64,000 bases of DNA from the human T2T-CHM13v2.0 reference genome, Homo sapiens, in NCBI RefSeq assembly GCF_009914755.1, contig NC_060933.1; one strand, given 5' to 3'. Every line of letters begins with the position of its first letter. The first letter of the stretch is position 1. The notes beneath the pieces were generated by a model. The model ran no database searches and was not told where the DNA came from. It saw nothing but the letters and a program-made list of their open reading frames with translations. The translations under genes and the position numbers were made by a program. Below, one piece after another: positions 1-13,944 of this stretch.

Positions 1-1354
1 AGTATACTCTTCCTATTCTTTGAGCTTTCCTCTGTCCCTACTCAATATATTTGCAAGCTAATGTTCCATTTCTCCTTGCATGCCAGATTATTTGTCCTAC
101 AGCCATAAATTGCTCTTTTTAAAAGAGACTATCTGTCAACATTACATGGGCCTTCCTGATCCCTCAGTCCAGTGGAGGTAACCAAAGACATCTAATTGCA
201 GGAGATAGAAGTTACAGCTGCCAATCCTAGGGAAAAAGTAATACATCCTATCCAGTATGCTGGGACATCCTACTGTAGCACAGCAAGCTTTGGCTGTGGA
301 AACTTCTCCTGTCCATATGGTGTTTCCATGTTTCTACTTGCTTCTCTCGACTTAGTTTTCGTGATTTATGACAAAGGTGACAATTACAGCAATGATTATG
401 ATCATCATCATAATGATATCTATCAAGCAGTGACAAGTAATTTTATAAATACCATGTCATTTTTATTTTGATCTACAAAAAAAGGGTATATTTCACAATT
501 TTTGCAAAGATGACCAACTACATATATCACCTTTCTTTTTTGTAGCATTGCATTCTCTCAAACACAATTGTCGATCCGTACTAGTACCCTATCTGATGCC
601 TCCATGGAATCTTCAAAAGGCATTTCCTTGTTTCAGCTGGAGGTGTTATACCACTATCAGTGTTGTTAACAATTTTACATGCTTATTTTATTTTTGCATA
701 TTTTATGTTTGTATAAAATTTGTTAGAACCACTGCTGCCTTCTTTATAGCAAATTAAAAATAGTAGACAAAAATAGAAGGCTAAAATCCAGCATAAAATA
801 CTCTTTATACAAATGCATATCCCACTCCTTCCAACAATTCCTGCTGAAAGCCCCCAGTATGAAGTCCAAATGTAAAAGTGAATCCTAATGTCACTATGCT
901 CTATCCCTAGAGTCTGTCTCAGCACAACCTGGCAACACACACAAAAATCAGACACAACTCTAATCTCAAAGCATTGATAAGTAGCAAAATTTTGCTTGTG
1001 GTTTTGATGAAGAGATAGAGGAAGAAAGGATGACTTCTATCTTATAAAAATAGAAAGGTTCCCTTTAATAAATCCAAACTTATCTTCATGTTTCTCCTCC
1101 TCCATCAACTGCTGTCTTCTATTTTCCTTGAAACCTTTCTCTTTATAATTATGTCCAATAAAATTGATCCTCTATCTTTTCTCACTCAATCTTTCCCCAA
1201 ACTGTCCACCAAATCTCATTTCATAGAACTACTTCGCAAAATAAAACAAATGAATCTAGTACTTTGGGGAAGTAAAGGAAAAGAAAAACAACTAGCACCT
1301 ACCTAACAGACAGCATTTTGTTCCATATGGAAGAAGGTTTAAGGGAAGGGGTTG

Positions 1355-1356
<2 letters not shown>

Positions 1357-1406
<50 letters not shown>
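1357..1406. repeat. (GT)~25 microsatellite
   Basis: Uninterrupted GT dinucleotide run read directly. Confidence 0.97.
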
Positions 1407-1411
<5 letters not shown>

Positions 1412-2020
1412 AGGTGGGGGCAGATTTCAGTGGAGCTGAGCTCATCTCTCCAAAACAACTTGCTGACATTTTATTTCTTTTTTTAAAAAAAAAAAAAAAT
1501 GTAATCTGAATGCCATTTAGCTTTCACAACTTTCCTCAGTGCTGGTCTTATGTTATCAACTTCCTGTTGGAAAATTCAATAGCCTACCAAAATCTCAAAC
1601 CTATTTTATTAATAAAAATAACTCATTATGTGTGCTGGGAGATTTGCTTCTTTTCAACCTGTTTGATTCATCTTATCATCAAAGTGCTCAAAATTTAAAC
1701 CTTAGAGTCTTCTCACCTCCTGCATCTAAGTGGCTCTAATTGAAAGTATCTCAAAGCCTTTCCCATCAGCATCTCCATCATCAAAGCCTTGCTTTAACCT
1801 CTCATATCTCTTATACAGATTTTGCAATAGCCACTTAAATAGCTTCAATTTTCTGCCACCAGAAATTGCTTTCCTCTTTTATATAATACGTTCCCTATGA
1901 TTAAGAACTTTTGTTTTCACTGTTTATTATACAAAATTTCAAACTGATAGAAAAGTAATGGAAATAATAAAATAAACCTAAGTACCCATCAACCAGTTTT
2001 AACAATTCACAGTTCATAAT

Positions 2021-3600
2021 TGTAATATTGTGATTTATAAAAAAATATATATTTGGTATTTGTCTCCATCCCTCTCACAGAGCTCCCTAAACTCTTGAAA
2101 TTTCATAAGTGATGAGAGATAAAGGAGAACAGACCATCTTTTGTCATTCATAGCAAACCCATTTCAATTACATTTGAGTTTATGTTAATGAAGTGAGTTT
2201 GGGAAAGCCCCTAGATAACTATGGGATAGAGGCTAGTTGCCAGGATAACTAACGAGTGATTACAGGGTTGGAATTTTTAGCCCCACCCCCTGACCTCCAG
2301 GTACAGGAGAAGATTTGGAGACTGACTTGATTACTAATGACCAATGATTTAATGAATTACGCCTATGTAAGGAAGGCTCCATGAAAACACAAAAGAATGA
2401 ATTTCAGAGAGCTTCAGGGTTGGTGAACACATTGAAGTGCTGGGAGGGTGGCACACCTGGATAGGGCATGAAAGCTCACACCTCTGAAACCGCCATTGCT
2501 AAATCGTAACTGAGACAGTGAAAGAGATCTGACCTAACAAACTCCATCTTACTTTTAACCTCCAAGCTGTCCTTGTTCATTCCTAGGCATAGGCTGAACT
2601 AACCTTGGGAAGAACTTAGTTTACGGTTTATAGTTTAAAACAAAGATGATAACAAGCCTTTCCCAGGGCAAATCCCCTTCTTGCCTGGGACTAGACTGCT
2701 GCCTTTGTAGGACTAACAAATTAGCTGCAAGATTAGAAATTATGGTTTAGGAGTCATGCAACTGGAGGCTACAAGATTCTGACTCTCCCTAAACTTCTCC
2801 TAAGATCAGTGCTTTAGATATTTTGCAGACCCTGTGCTTGAGGGATCAGCTGGCACCACCCAGATTGATAAACTGGCTCATCTGATCTTGTGGCCACCAC
2901 CCAGGAACTGACTCAGTGCAAGAAGACATCTTCAATTCCCTATGATTTCATCTCTGACCCAACCAATCAGCACTCCTGACTCACTGGCCTTCCCCTACCC
3001 ACCAAATTATCCTCAAAAACTCTCATCCCCAAATGCTCAGGGAGACTGATTTGAGTAATAATAAAACTCTGGTCTCCCACACAGCCAAATCTGCATGAAA
3101 ATTACTCTTCTCTATTGCAATACCCCTGTCTTGATAAATTAGCTCTTTCTTGGCAGTAGGCAAGGCAAACCCATTGGGCAGTTACCCCCACACCTTGCCG
3201 TATGCATCTCTTCCATCTAGCTGTCATTGAGTTGCATTCTTTTCTAATAAACCAGTCATCTGATAAGCAAACTGTCTTCCTGAGTTTGGTGAGCAAATTA
3301 TGGAATATGAGAAGGGGACCATGGGAACCTCAAATTTATAGTTAGTCAGAAGCACAGGTAACAGCCTGGACTTGTGTTTGGCATCTGAAGTGGGGGCGGT
3401 CTTGTGGGACTGAGCTTTTAACCTGTGGGATTTGACACGATCTCCAGATAGACTGTTTCTGAATTGAATTAAACTACAGGACACTTGTAGGTGTCCATAG
3501 AGAATTAGAGAATTGCTTGGTGTGGAAGGAAAAAACCCACACATTTGGTGGCCAGAAGTGTTTTGTTACTAAGAAGAAATACAGTGAGTTTTCCCTTACG
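2021..3600 (+). mobile_element. MER21-family solo LTR interrupted by LTR8
   Basis: Starts TGTAATATTGTGATTTATAA...ATATATATTTGGT...CAGAGCTCCCTAAA (MER21-like), resumes after 3186, has AATAAA near 3246 and ends ...GAGTTTTCCCTTAC. Confidence 0.8.
2485..3186 (+). mobile_element. LTR8 solo LTR (ERV1) nested in MER21
   Basis: Begins TGAAACCGCC...GAGACAGTGAAAGAGATCTGACC and ends ...AACCCATTGGGCAGTTAC, matching LTR8 termini; ~700 bp. Confidence 0.88.
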
Positions 3601-5016
3601 ATGACCAACTTAATTTCATCTATATTCCATTCCTGATTATATTGAAGTAGATCCCAGGCATTCTATCATTTTAACTCTAAATAGTATAAGACAGGAACTC
3701 TATTTTTAAAACCTAATCACAAAACATTATCACATTTAAAAATTAACAATCATTTCTCAGTAGCAACAAATCCAACAGTGTTCAAATCCTCCTGGTTGCC
3801 TTATATGTTTTTATTTTACAGTTTGAATCAGGATCTAAGTATGGACCATAAATTTCAGTTGTTTCTACATCTCTTAAGTCTTTTCCACTCTATATATGAC
3901 CACTCCTTTCTTTCTTTCATTTTTTCTTTTATTATTGTAGTTGTTACTGAAGAAAATGGGTTGTTTATCTGGGTTTTGCAGATTGCACCCCCATGGTATG
4001 ATTAACATATTCATTTATTCTCTATGTATTTCCTATAATTTAATAATTAGATCTAGAGTAGTGAAGAGTAGTGATCTGTTTCAGATTTAACATTTTAAGC
4101 TAGAAAACTTCTTAGGTCATCTCATGTAACTAGCATCAAGAGGTACATAAGAATGGTTTGTCTCTATTTATGTTACCAGCTATGGCCTAGATCTATTAAT
4201 TCATTATTTTAAGCAAAATTATTATATTTTACTGAATCTTGATTTATTAGCTACAAATTTTCTATAAAAAAAGAACTTTTCCTCGTCAATGATTTGTTTA
4301 CTCTACACTGTAGTTTTAAGCTTTGTGCTAAATCACTTCGCAATCTAGGCCTGATCTATCTTACCTAGCTTACCTCCTCCTCCACAGGACACACATATTT
4401 TCCCCAAGAGTGTGGTGGTTTACAAAAACTGTGTTTCAAGATAATTTTTTACATCCCCAGCATTTAGTAATGGTTGGCATATATCAGGCAATTAAGAAAT
4501 GTTTGCTGAATGGGAGAGTGGATGAGAATTTCCTATATAAGTAACTGATGGTATAATACTTGTATTTATGCATGATTTCAAACACATTCAGACTTTCAGA
4601 TGCTCATACTTAATGTCAGAAAGAATTCTTTTCAACGTGAGTACAATAATGCACTGACAAGTCACATTAACGTCTAATACAACATTAGCAGTGAATTAAA
4701 CGAAGACATCCTAAATTATACCATTCAAGAGATAAATGTTATTCTAGAATAGATTTGGCACCATGCACTCTTTGCAATGTGAAGTCACCAGTCCTCAAGT
4801 ATTTTATTTTCTATCACCTGCAGTAACTAGATCATCAGTCTAAGCAGAGACAGATAACATTAGCATTTCAAAGAGAACACTAAACAAACCTGCTTCCATT
4901 ACAATGAGATTTCATTCTGAGGAATAGCATTTATCACTCCCTTATTCTCAAAACACCCTCCCTTACCTTAGATCACACCACACCTATAGGTTTTCCTCTT
5001 ACAAATATCACTTTCA

Positions 5017-5322
5017 GGCTGGGCACAATGGCTCACACCTGTAATCTCAGCACTTTGGGAGGTCAGGACAGAAGGATTGCTTGAATCCAAGAGTTCAAAA
5101 CCAGCCTATGCAACATAGTAAGACCCCACTTCTACTAAAGATACAAAATTAGGTGGGTGTGGTGGTGCATGCCTGTGGTCCCAGCTATTTGGGAGGCTCA
5201 GGTGGGAGGATCACCTGAGCCTGGAAGGTCGAGGCTGCAGTGAGCTATGATCTCACCACTGCACTACAGCCTGGGCAACAGAGCAAGACCTTGTCTAAAA
5301 AAAGAAACAAAAACAAACAAAT
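5017..5322 (+). mobile_element. AluJ element
   Basis: Full dimeric Alu with J-type features (GGATTGCTTGA, GGGAGGATCAC); TSD ACAAATATCAC(C)TTTCA at 5001-5016 and 5323-5339. Confidence 0.93.
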
Positions 5323-5749
5323 ACAAATATCACCTTTCATTCTGTGTCTGCTGGCTTTTCCTTTCTATATGGTCTTTCAATAAAAGAGTTCCTCAAACAT
5401 TAGAACTAATCTTGCTTTACTTCCACTTTATACTTTTCCCCTAGGCAATGCTTATCTGCTTATCAACTTCTTATTTCTTGCCCACATCTTTCATTTGAAT
5501 TTTAGAATAACATATGCAAGTGCCTACACTTCACACTGAACATCATCATCATTATCTTCCTGCTCTTCTTCCTCTTATTGTTTAGAATCTCAAAGGAGAG
5601 CACAACTGCATATAGTTAGAACAACTAGGAAGGCGGCATCAGCTGTGACTTCTCACTCTCCTTATCCCTCATATACAATAAAGTACCAGCTTTCCTTTCT
5701 GTTCTACAAACTAATTATTTCTTGAATAAAACCATTTTTCCTTTTTTAA

Positions 5750-6440
<691 letters not shown>

Positions 6441-6823
6441 TATCTGCCACGTTTCTTGATTTCTGTTTTTACCATCCCAGTTCTGACCATTAGAAAGGTT
6501 GTCTGGGACCATGGCCAATATTTTCTAATGGCTTCCCTGCATAGAATCTTGCCTTGAGTCAATCCAGAATAATGTTTTAAAGAATTCTTTCATTTTCTTG
6601 TTTAAAATCCTTTGGAGGCTTCTATTCTCTGAGGATAAAGAAAAAACTCCTTAACATCTCCTTAAAGCTTTGCCTGATCTGGATACAGTCCTCTACTCCA
6701 CTCATGAACCCCAACTCTCATTTAAGTCATAAATGGCCTCTCAATTCAATAAGTACACTGTATTATTTAAGGAAGAGATAAGTCTTTGACACATTGGCTA
6801 TTCCCTCAGTCTGGGGTATTTGC

Positions 6824-7275
6824 TGTGCAAGTTGTCAGAATTAAAATGGAGTCACTGATGTTAGGAAAACCCTGATAAATTGAACCAGGGAAGGCCTTGA
6901 AGAAAGGGTTCTCATGCTTGGGGCCTGGCAACAAAATCTATCACAAAAGACTGCAAAAATCACAACCTCATACAACGGCCATACAACCTGAAACAAAAAC
7001 AATACTTACGTGAGAACATCTGCCCAGCAACTACCTATCCAACCTGGAACTGGAGGTCACCCTTATTATTAATCCTTGTAGCCAAGGATAATTGTTTCAA
7101 AACAATTATGTAAAATTCCCCCTTTTTTTTTTCCTTTAAAAACCTTTGTCTTGCTTCACCTCCCTGAATATACATATAGTTAACTATGGCACATATATTC
7201 CCATTGCAACACTCTATTCCCAGTAAACATCTTTTCTTTTAGAGAGACTCTCTCTGCTTGTTATTTCGGCTGACA
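6824..7275 (+). mobile_element. LTR47-family solo LTR
   Basis: TGTGCAAGTTGTCAGAATTAAAATGGAGTCAC start and ...GGCTGACA end; ~450 bp with TG...CA termini. Confidence 0.75.
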
Positions 7276-7398
7276 ATGACCTCACTCTTCTGCTTCATCT
7301 AATTTATCATCAGGGCCTTATTACAATCACAATTAAATGATTAATTGTGTTATAAGTTGGGAGAGCTTTTTAAAATTATTTTTAAAATACTGGCCTCC

Positions 7399-7835
7399 TA
7401 TATTCATCAGGGTTCTCTAGAGGGACAGAACTAATAGGATATATATATGAGAGTTTATTAAGTATTAACTCACACAATCACAAGGTCCCACAATAGGCCA
7501 TCTGCAAGCTGAGGAACAAGGACAGCCAGTCCAAGTCCCAGAACTGAAGAACTTGGAGTCTGATGTTCAAGGGCAGGAAGCATCCAGCATGGGAGAAAGA
7601 TGTAGGCTGGGAGGCTAGGCCGGTCTAGTCTTTTCACGTTTTTCTGCCTGCTTTGTATTCTAGCCACACTGGCAGCTGATTAGATGGTGCCCACCCAGAT
7701 TAAGGGTGAGTCTGCCTTTCCCAGCCCACTGACTACAATGTTAATTTCTTTGGCAACACCCTCACAGATACACCCAGGCTCAATACTTTGCATCCTTCAG
7801 TACAATCAAGTTGACACTTAGTATTAACCATCACA
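7399..7835 (-). mobile_element. MLT2A1 solo LTR (HERV-L)
   Basis: Reverse complement begins TGTGATGGTTAATACTAAGTGTCAACTTGATTG; perfect 5-bp TSD CCTCC at 7394-7398 and 7836-7840. Confidence 0.92.
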
Positions 7836-8819
7836 CCTCCCAAACTAAAATGTGTCCTTATGAAGGCTAGGAAGCTAGGGCTTTGTCAGTCTTAGTCACT
7901 ATTCTCTTAATTACTAGCACTGTCTCTGAGGCATAATATGCAGTAAATCTCTTTCTTGTTGAATAAAGAAAGGAATTAACCAATCAGTTAATGAATCAAA
8001 ATTCACAAGGAAATTTCATTTTGTACTTTTGCTTCCTAGGGCTTCAGGGACTTTCATGTCTGGGCCAAAGTAAAAACTTCTGCTAAGGCACACACACTCA
8101 TCTTTGAAAGCAACTAATAAATATAGTAACTGCATTCTTAGTTTTGTCCAACACAATTTTACACAACTAGCATTTATAAAGCATCTTTTAATAAGCAGCA
8201 ATTAATTCAATCGTATTTTTTACTGAATGGCAATTATGAATACTATGCTACAAGCCATATACTCCTTTAAAGCTCTGAATGGCTATTAGAGATTATTAAT
8301 CCCCTCTGGTGCCCACTGGCATGTTATCTGCTACATAGAAGTTGCTAATACATATTTTATTTTTCTATTATTTTTAGAAGTAATGAAGTAACATTGGGAA
8401 ATACTGGTAGGTAAGATTTTGTAGATTATAAAGGGCTTTGTGCTCAAGCCATTCTTGACTCATACCATAAAAAGGAACCTCCACTCCATCATTCAGTTGA
8501 CATAATATCTCCATATTTTATTGCAGTGAAATTGTATCGATGGAAAATTGACTGTAAGGTAATTGACAATGGATTTTTTTAAAAGTGGCTTAAACAGAAT
8601 CCCTTGCAGAAGACTGCTGTGTAAAATTCAACAATTTACCTTGGAACGTATTATAGTCATTTATAAATGTGGAGTCTTTGATAAAGAAATTTCATCAACG
8701 AGGAAATCTCACAAACAGAATATTTTAATTCTCAATAGTATATCTTAGCTTTGTTGATACAATTATTATTGAATGTTATTTGCTCCTGTATTTATACATA
8801 ACTTAAGATTTGCTAGCAT

Positions 8820-10910
8820 TCCTTAAGTTCAAATCTTTCCCTCCTTACTGATTTGCCTATCTGCTTATTCTGTTGGCTATTGAGACAGATATGTATACTC
8901 CTACAATTATGGATTTATCTATTTCTTCTCTTATTTGTCAGATTTTGCTTTGTATATTTTGAGGCTATCCCATCAGATGCATATAAACTTATGCTTACTG
9001 TTTCTTCCTGGTAAACTCATTCAGTATTATAAAATTCCAGTTTTTATCTCTATATTTTTTCATTAAATTACTTTGACTTATATTATTGTAACTTCACTGA
9101 CTCTTCTTGATACTATATATGGTAGTCTTTTTAATATCCTCTTGCTTTTAAATTTTATTCATCCTTGTATTTAAGGTGAGTTTCTTGTAGGCAGCATATA
9201 TTTGGGTTTTATTGTTTAATCCAATCTAACAAGGTATTTTAAAAATTGTATCATTTAATACATTTACATTTATCACAATTACTAATATATATGAACTTAT
9301 GTCTACTGTTATACTATTTGAGTTTTCCACCCCATCTGCTTATTTTCGTTTTTCTTATTGGTTTTCATGTTTCTCTGTTTTTCCTCTTTTTGGGAGTAAT
9401 CAATCTTTGTATTTAATTTTCAATTAGCTTTTACTTACACACTTCTTGATTCATATTTTATTGCTTACCTTAACAATTAGAACTTACATTCCAGATTTAT
9501 TAGGGTGTATGTTAAATTTAAACTTTTTATACTTTCTAGACAATGCAAGAATCTAGGACCCTTTAACTTCATTTATCTCCCTTCCTTTTTCTGTACTATT
9601 CTTGTCACATCTTACAATTCTACATACATTTTAGAGCTCAAAATGTTTTATTACTGTTTTAAGAAGTTAATATTTACTTAGAAGGTTTCCCTACAAATGT
9701 ATCCTCTTTGTTGCTCTTCAGTCATTCCTACATTACATCAATTCAATCTGAGATGATATTTCAACATTTTCTTAGGAAAATATTTAAACATAACACTGTG
9801 AAAGAATTTTACAATGAACAATCATACACTGCCCACTAGATTCTACAATTAATATTTTACTAACTTCATTTCATCACATGTTTATGTAACTTGCCTCCTC
9901 TACCTATTATTCCATTCATTCTATTTTTTTGAAGTATATCTAAGGAATTTACAGACCTCACTACATTGCTTGCTAAATGCTTCAGGATGGACACCATTAG
10001 CTATAGTTCAGTATTTCTTCACAGTTATTTTATTTTGAGGTAAAATTTAATTACAAAGAAATGTACAAATCTTAACAATCCCATTCAATGAGGTTTGCTG
10101 GGTATGTAATGGTATCTCATTGTGATTTTAACTTGCATTTCTCTGATACTGAATAGTTTTTCATGTGCTAATTTGTATATCTCCTGTTGTAAAGTATCTG
10201 TTCAAATGTTTTGCACACTTTTAAGGTTTATCATTTTACTATTGAGTTGTATAAGTTCTTCTTATACCCTGCATACCAGTCCTTTGTCAGATATATGTGT
10301 TGAAAACATTTTATTGTTTTTGTATATTTCTAATTTATTCTCTTAATATCTTTTGAAAAGATTTTTTAAAAATCTTGATGAAGCCTAAATTATCATTTTT
10401 TTCTTCTACTGTTGTTGCTTTCTCTATTCTGTCTAAGAAAACTTTTGTTTATCACTGAGTTTTAAAGATATTCTCCTACGTTTTCTTTTAAAGTTTTTAT
10501 ATTTTAAGCTTTTATGTTTAGATCCAAAACATCTCAAATTAATTTTTGGTGTAATAGGAGGTAGCATTCTAGTTTTTATTTTTCCATATGAATATCCAGT
10601 TGTTCCAATATTATACACATAAAAGATATCCATTTCTGCATTTAATTGCTGTGAATCTTTGATTGAAAATCAAATGTTAGCCTATTTCTGGACTCTCTAT
10701 TCTGCTCTGTTCATCTATTTGTTAATCCTTATTCAAATTAAGGCTGTCTTCATTACCACAGACTTATAGTAAGTATTGAAGTCAGATAATGTGATTCCTT
10801 CAATTTTATTTTCATTTTTTAAAGATTGCTTTTGGTATTCTAGAATCCATACCAAATTTTAGAGCCACCTTGTCAATACTAAAAGTAAAAAGCCTAGTGG
10901 CATTATAATT
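8820..10910 (-). mobile_element. Old L1M/L1ME fragments (several)
   Basis: T-rich antisense L1 ORF2/3'UTR-like sequence (e.g. GGTATCTCATTGTGATTTTAACTTGCATTTCTCTGAT). Confidence 0.7.
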
Positions 10911-11963
10911 AAGGTGGTATTTGGTTTTCTTTGCCCTCATTGAGTGTCTAGAATCAATTATTCTTAAAATTGTCCACTCATACCGAACTTCAGATTCCTC
11001 ATGTTCAGCATCAGTCCAATTTCTGAAATCCAACTTGGATGCACCAACATTTATCAAAAGTTCCTCAAGTATCCTCTGGCCTTAAAAGAGAATTTAACAA
11101 ATATCTTTTGGTTATTGATTGACACCTTTAAGGTCTCATCCCCATTGATCATCATCCCCATCCAATTGTGTGATGGGATTGGTAAATAATATCTTTATTC
11201 AAATTGTATTAATCTATCCAAGTGTAATTCCATAAGTAAAATCTTCTTCAAATTAATACGTCAGTAAACAGAACGTAAAATTTTTCGTGGGTGCAGCAAA
11301 GACATTCCCTCTTCAAATCTCTTTCTCATATACAAATTTATATAGACATTCAATGTTTTCACTTCCTTTAGTCAATTACCAGCCTGAGATCTATTCTCAT
11401 ATCATTTCTCAGCTGCTGACATGAAAATATTTTATGTGAAAAACAGAAATATCAAAGAACCTATTCACCCTCCAGCAAACATTCATGTAATGATTAAAAA
11501 GAAATAGCCTCCCCATCAACTACTTCCTTGAATGCCCACCATTAAGCCAAGTATTCAGATTATTTCCAGTTATCAGACCATCACATATTTTTTTCCCTAC
11601 TCTTTGGTGTGATGGAAGACATTTCAGAAATCTGACTTAATTTAGTTGGGCTCATCTTTACTTTTCAAGGCAGTCGTGTCACTATCAAACATATCGTCTT
11701 ACACCAGTCTTCTACATTTCACAATTCTCCCCTTTTCCCATTCCTAACAAATTAATAAATGCCAGCCCTTTTTGATTTGTATCCCTGGATTTAGAGACCC
11801 AGTTGAGTTCTGATCCTGCCAGTTTTACATAAGAAATGACTCCAAATATGATTACTCATGACCTGAACCAAAAACTTTTATAAAATGCTTACAGCAAACC
11901 CTGAAAACTCATCCTCTCTGGAACTTCCAGGTGAAGTCAAAGCTTACATTCTAGCATAGTAAA

Positions 11964-13572
11964 TTTTTTTTATTTTAAATTGGCTCTATTTTTAGAGTAG
12001 TTTTAGGTTCATAACAAAACAGAGCAGAAGGTGCAGAGTTTCTATATATTCTCTATCTCCCATCCTTCCCTACACACATAGAGCTTGATTCCCCACTATC
12101 AATTTTCTGCACCAGGGTGGTACACTAGTTATCATCACTGAACCCATATTGATACATCATTATCACCCAAAGTTCATCATTTACATTAGGGGTCATGCCT
12201 GTGTTGTGCCTTTTATAGGTTTTGACACATATACAATGACATGTATCCAACATTATAGTGTCATACAGAATAGGTTTCACTGCCCTACAGATACTCTGTG
12301 CTCCATCTATTCACCCTTCCCTCTCCCCGTACCCCTGGCAACAACTGATGTTTTTACTGTCTCCATAGTTTTGCCTTTTCAGAATGCCATATGGTTGGAA
12401 TCATAAAGTATGTAGACTTCAGATTGGTTTATTTCACTTAGTAATATGCATTTAAAGTTCCTCCATGTCTTTCTATGACTTGATAGCTTATTTCCTTTTA
12501 GTGTTGAATAATATTCCATTCTATAGATGTACCACAGTTTTTCCAGTCACCTACTAGAGGGCATTATGGTTGTTTCCAAGTTTTGGCAATTATGAATAAA
12601 GCTGCTATAAAAATCTATATGCAGATTTTTGTGTGAACATAAGTTTTCAAAACATTTGAGTAAACACTAAGGAGCAAAACTGCCTAATCATATGATAAGA
12701 ATATGGTTAGTTTTGTAAGAAGTTACCATAATGTCCAAAGTGGCTGTACCATTTTTTATTCCCAGCAGCAATGAATAAGACTTTCTGTTGCTCCTCATTC
12801 TTTCCAGTATTTTATGCTGGCACTGCTCTGGATTCTGGCCATTCCAATAAATGTGTAGCGGTATCTCACTGTTGCTTTAGTTTGTTTTTCCTTAATGATG
12901 TGGAATATATTTTTATACAATTATTTCACATCTGTTTATCTTCTTAGGTGAGGTATCTGTTCAGATCTTTTGCCTATTTTTAAATCACATTGTGCCCTTA
13001 TAGCTGAATTGTAAGTTATTTATGTATTTTGGATAACAGTTCTTTGTTTATGAGATATGCCTTTTACAAATATTTTCTTCCAGTCTGTAGCTTGTCTTCT
13101 CATTCTCTTGACAGTGTCTTTTGCAGAGCAGAAGTTTTTAATTTTAATAAAGTTTCATGTATCAATAATTTTTTCATAAGTCTTTTGTTTTATATTATTT
13201 AAGAAGTCATTGCAAAATCCAAGGTCATCTAGATTTTCTCCTATGTCATCTTTCAGGAGTTTTATAGTTTTGCATTGTGCATTTAGCTCTACAAATCCAT
13301 GTTGAGGTAATTTTTGTGAAGGGTTTAAGATCTTTGTCTAAATTTACGTTGTGTCATATGTATGTCCAGTTGTTTCAGCACTATTTGTTGAAAAGACTAT
13401 CTTTGCTCCATTGTATTGCCTTTGTTCTTTTGTAAAAGATCAGTTGACTATTTTTATGTGAGTTAATTTCTGGACTCTCTATTCTAGTACATTGATCAAT
13501 TCAACTGTTATTCTACCAATACCACACTGTCTTAATTAGTGTAGCTTTATAGTAAGTCTTGAGGTCAGGTAT
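11964..13572 (-). mobile_element. L1MC1-like 3' portion
   Basis: GTAGTTTTAGGTTCATAACAAAA...CATCATTATCACCCAAAGTTCAT 3'UTR motif followed by antisense ORF2 C-terminal sequence. Confidence 0.85.
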
Positions 13573-13679
13573 TATTGAGATCAGCACATCAGAAAAAGGC
13601 AAATAGAATTACAATAAAATTCATTATATGTTATTAAATAATGGCCAATCTTCATAGATACTACTTCATAGATACTATA

Positions 13680-13944
13680 ATCGGTATCTTATTGATTATA
13701 ATATAATCGATACCTTATTGATTATAGGAATATAATCGATACCTTATTGATTATAGGAATATAATCGATACCTTATTGATTATAGGAATATAATCGATAC
13801 CTTATTGATTATAGGAATATAATCGATACCTTAGTGATTATAGGAATATAATCGATACCTTAGTGATTATAGGAATATAATCGATACCTTAGTGATTATA
13901 GGAATATAATCGATATCTTAGTGATTATAGGAATATAATCGATA
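13680..13944. repeat. 29-bp minisatellite (VNTR): 8 full units plus a degenerate first and a partial last unit
   Basis: Unit ATCGATACCTTA(T/G)TGATTATAGGAATATA starts at 13706, 13735, 13764, 13793, 13822, 13851, 13880 and 13909. Confidence 0.97.

Larger units (their letters stand above)
1920..4320 (-). mobile_element. Old L1M (L1MC/L1ME-type) 3' end fragments (1920-2020 and ~3600-4320) split by the MER21/LTR8 insertion
   Basis: Resembles antisense L1M 3'UTR on both sides of the LTR block; boundaries approximate. Confidence 0.55.

Noticed and set aside
196-955. Several overlapping 60-90 aa ORFs in unique sequence at the window start
   Set aside because: No recognisable domain or consistent splice structure; mostly non-ATG starts, as expected by chance.
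8368-8410. Possible plus-strand micro-exon ending at the donor TAG|GTAAGA
   Set aside because: Isolated, with no partner exons or recognisable peptide; indistinguishable from a chance splice-site pair.
13680-13944. Regular ~29-bp repeats resembling a CRISPR array
   Set aside because: The units are head-to-tail with no unique spacers, there are no cas genes, and the context is human; it is a minisatellite.
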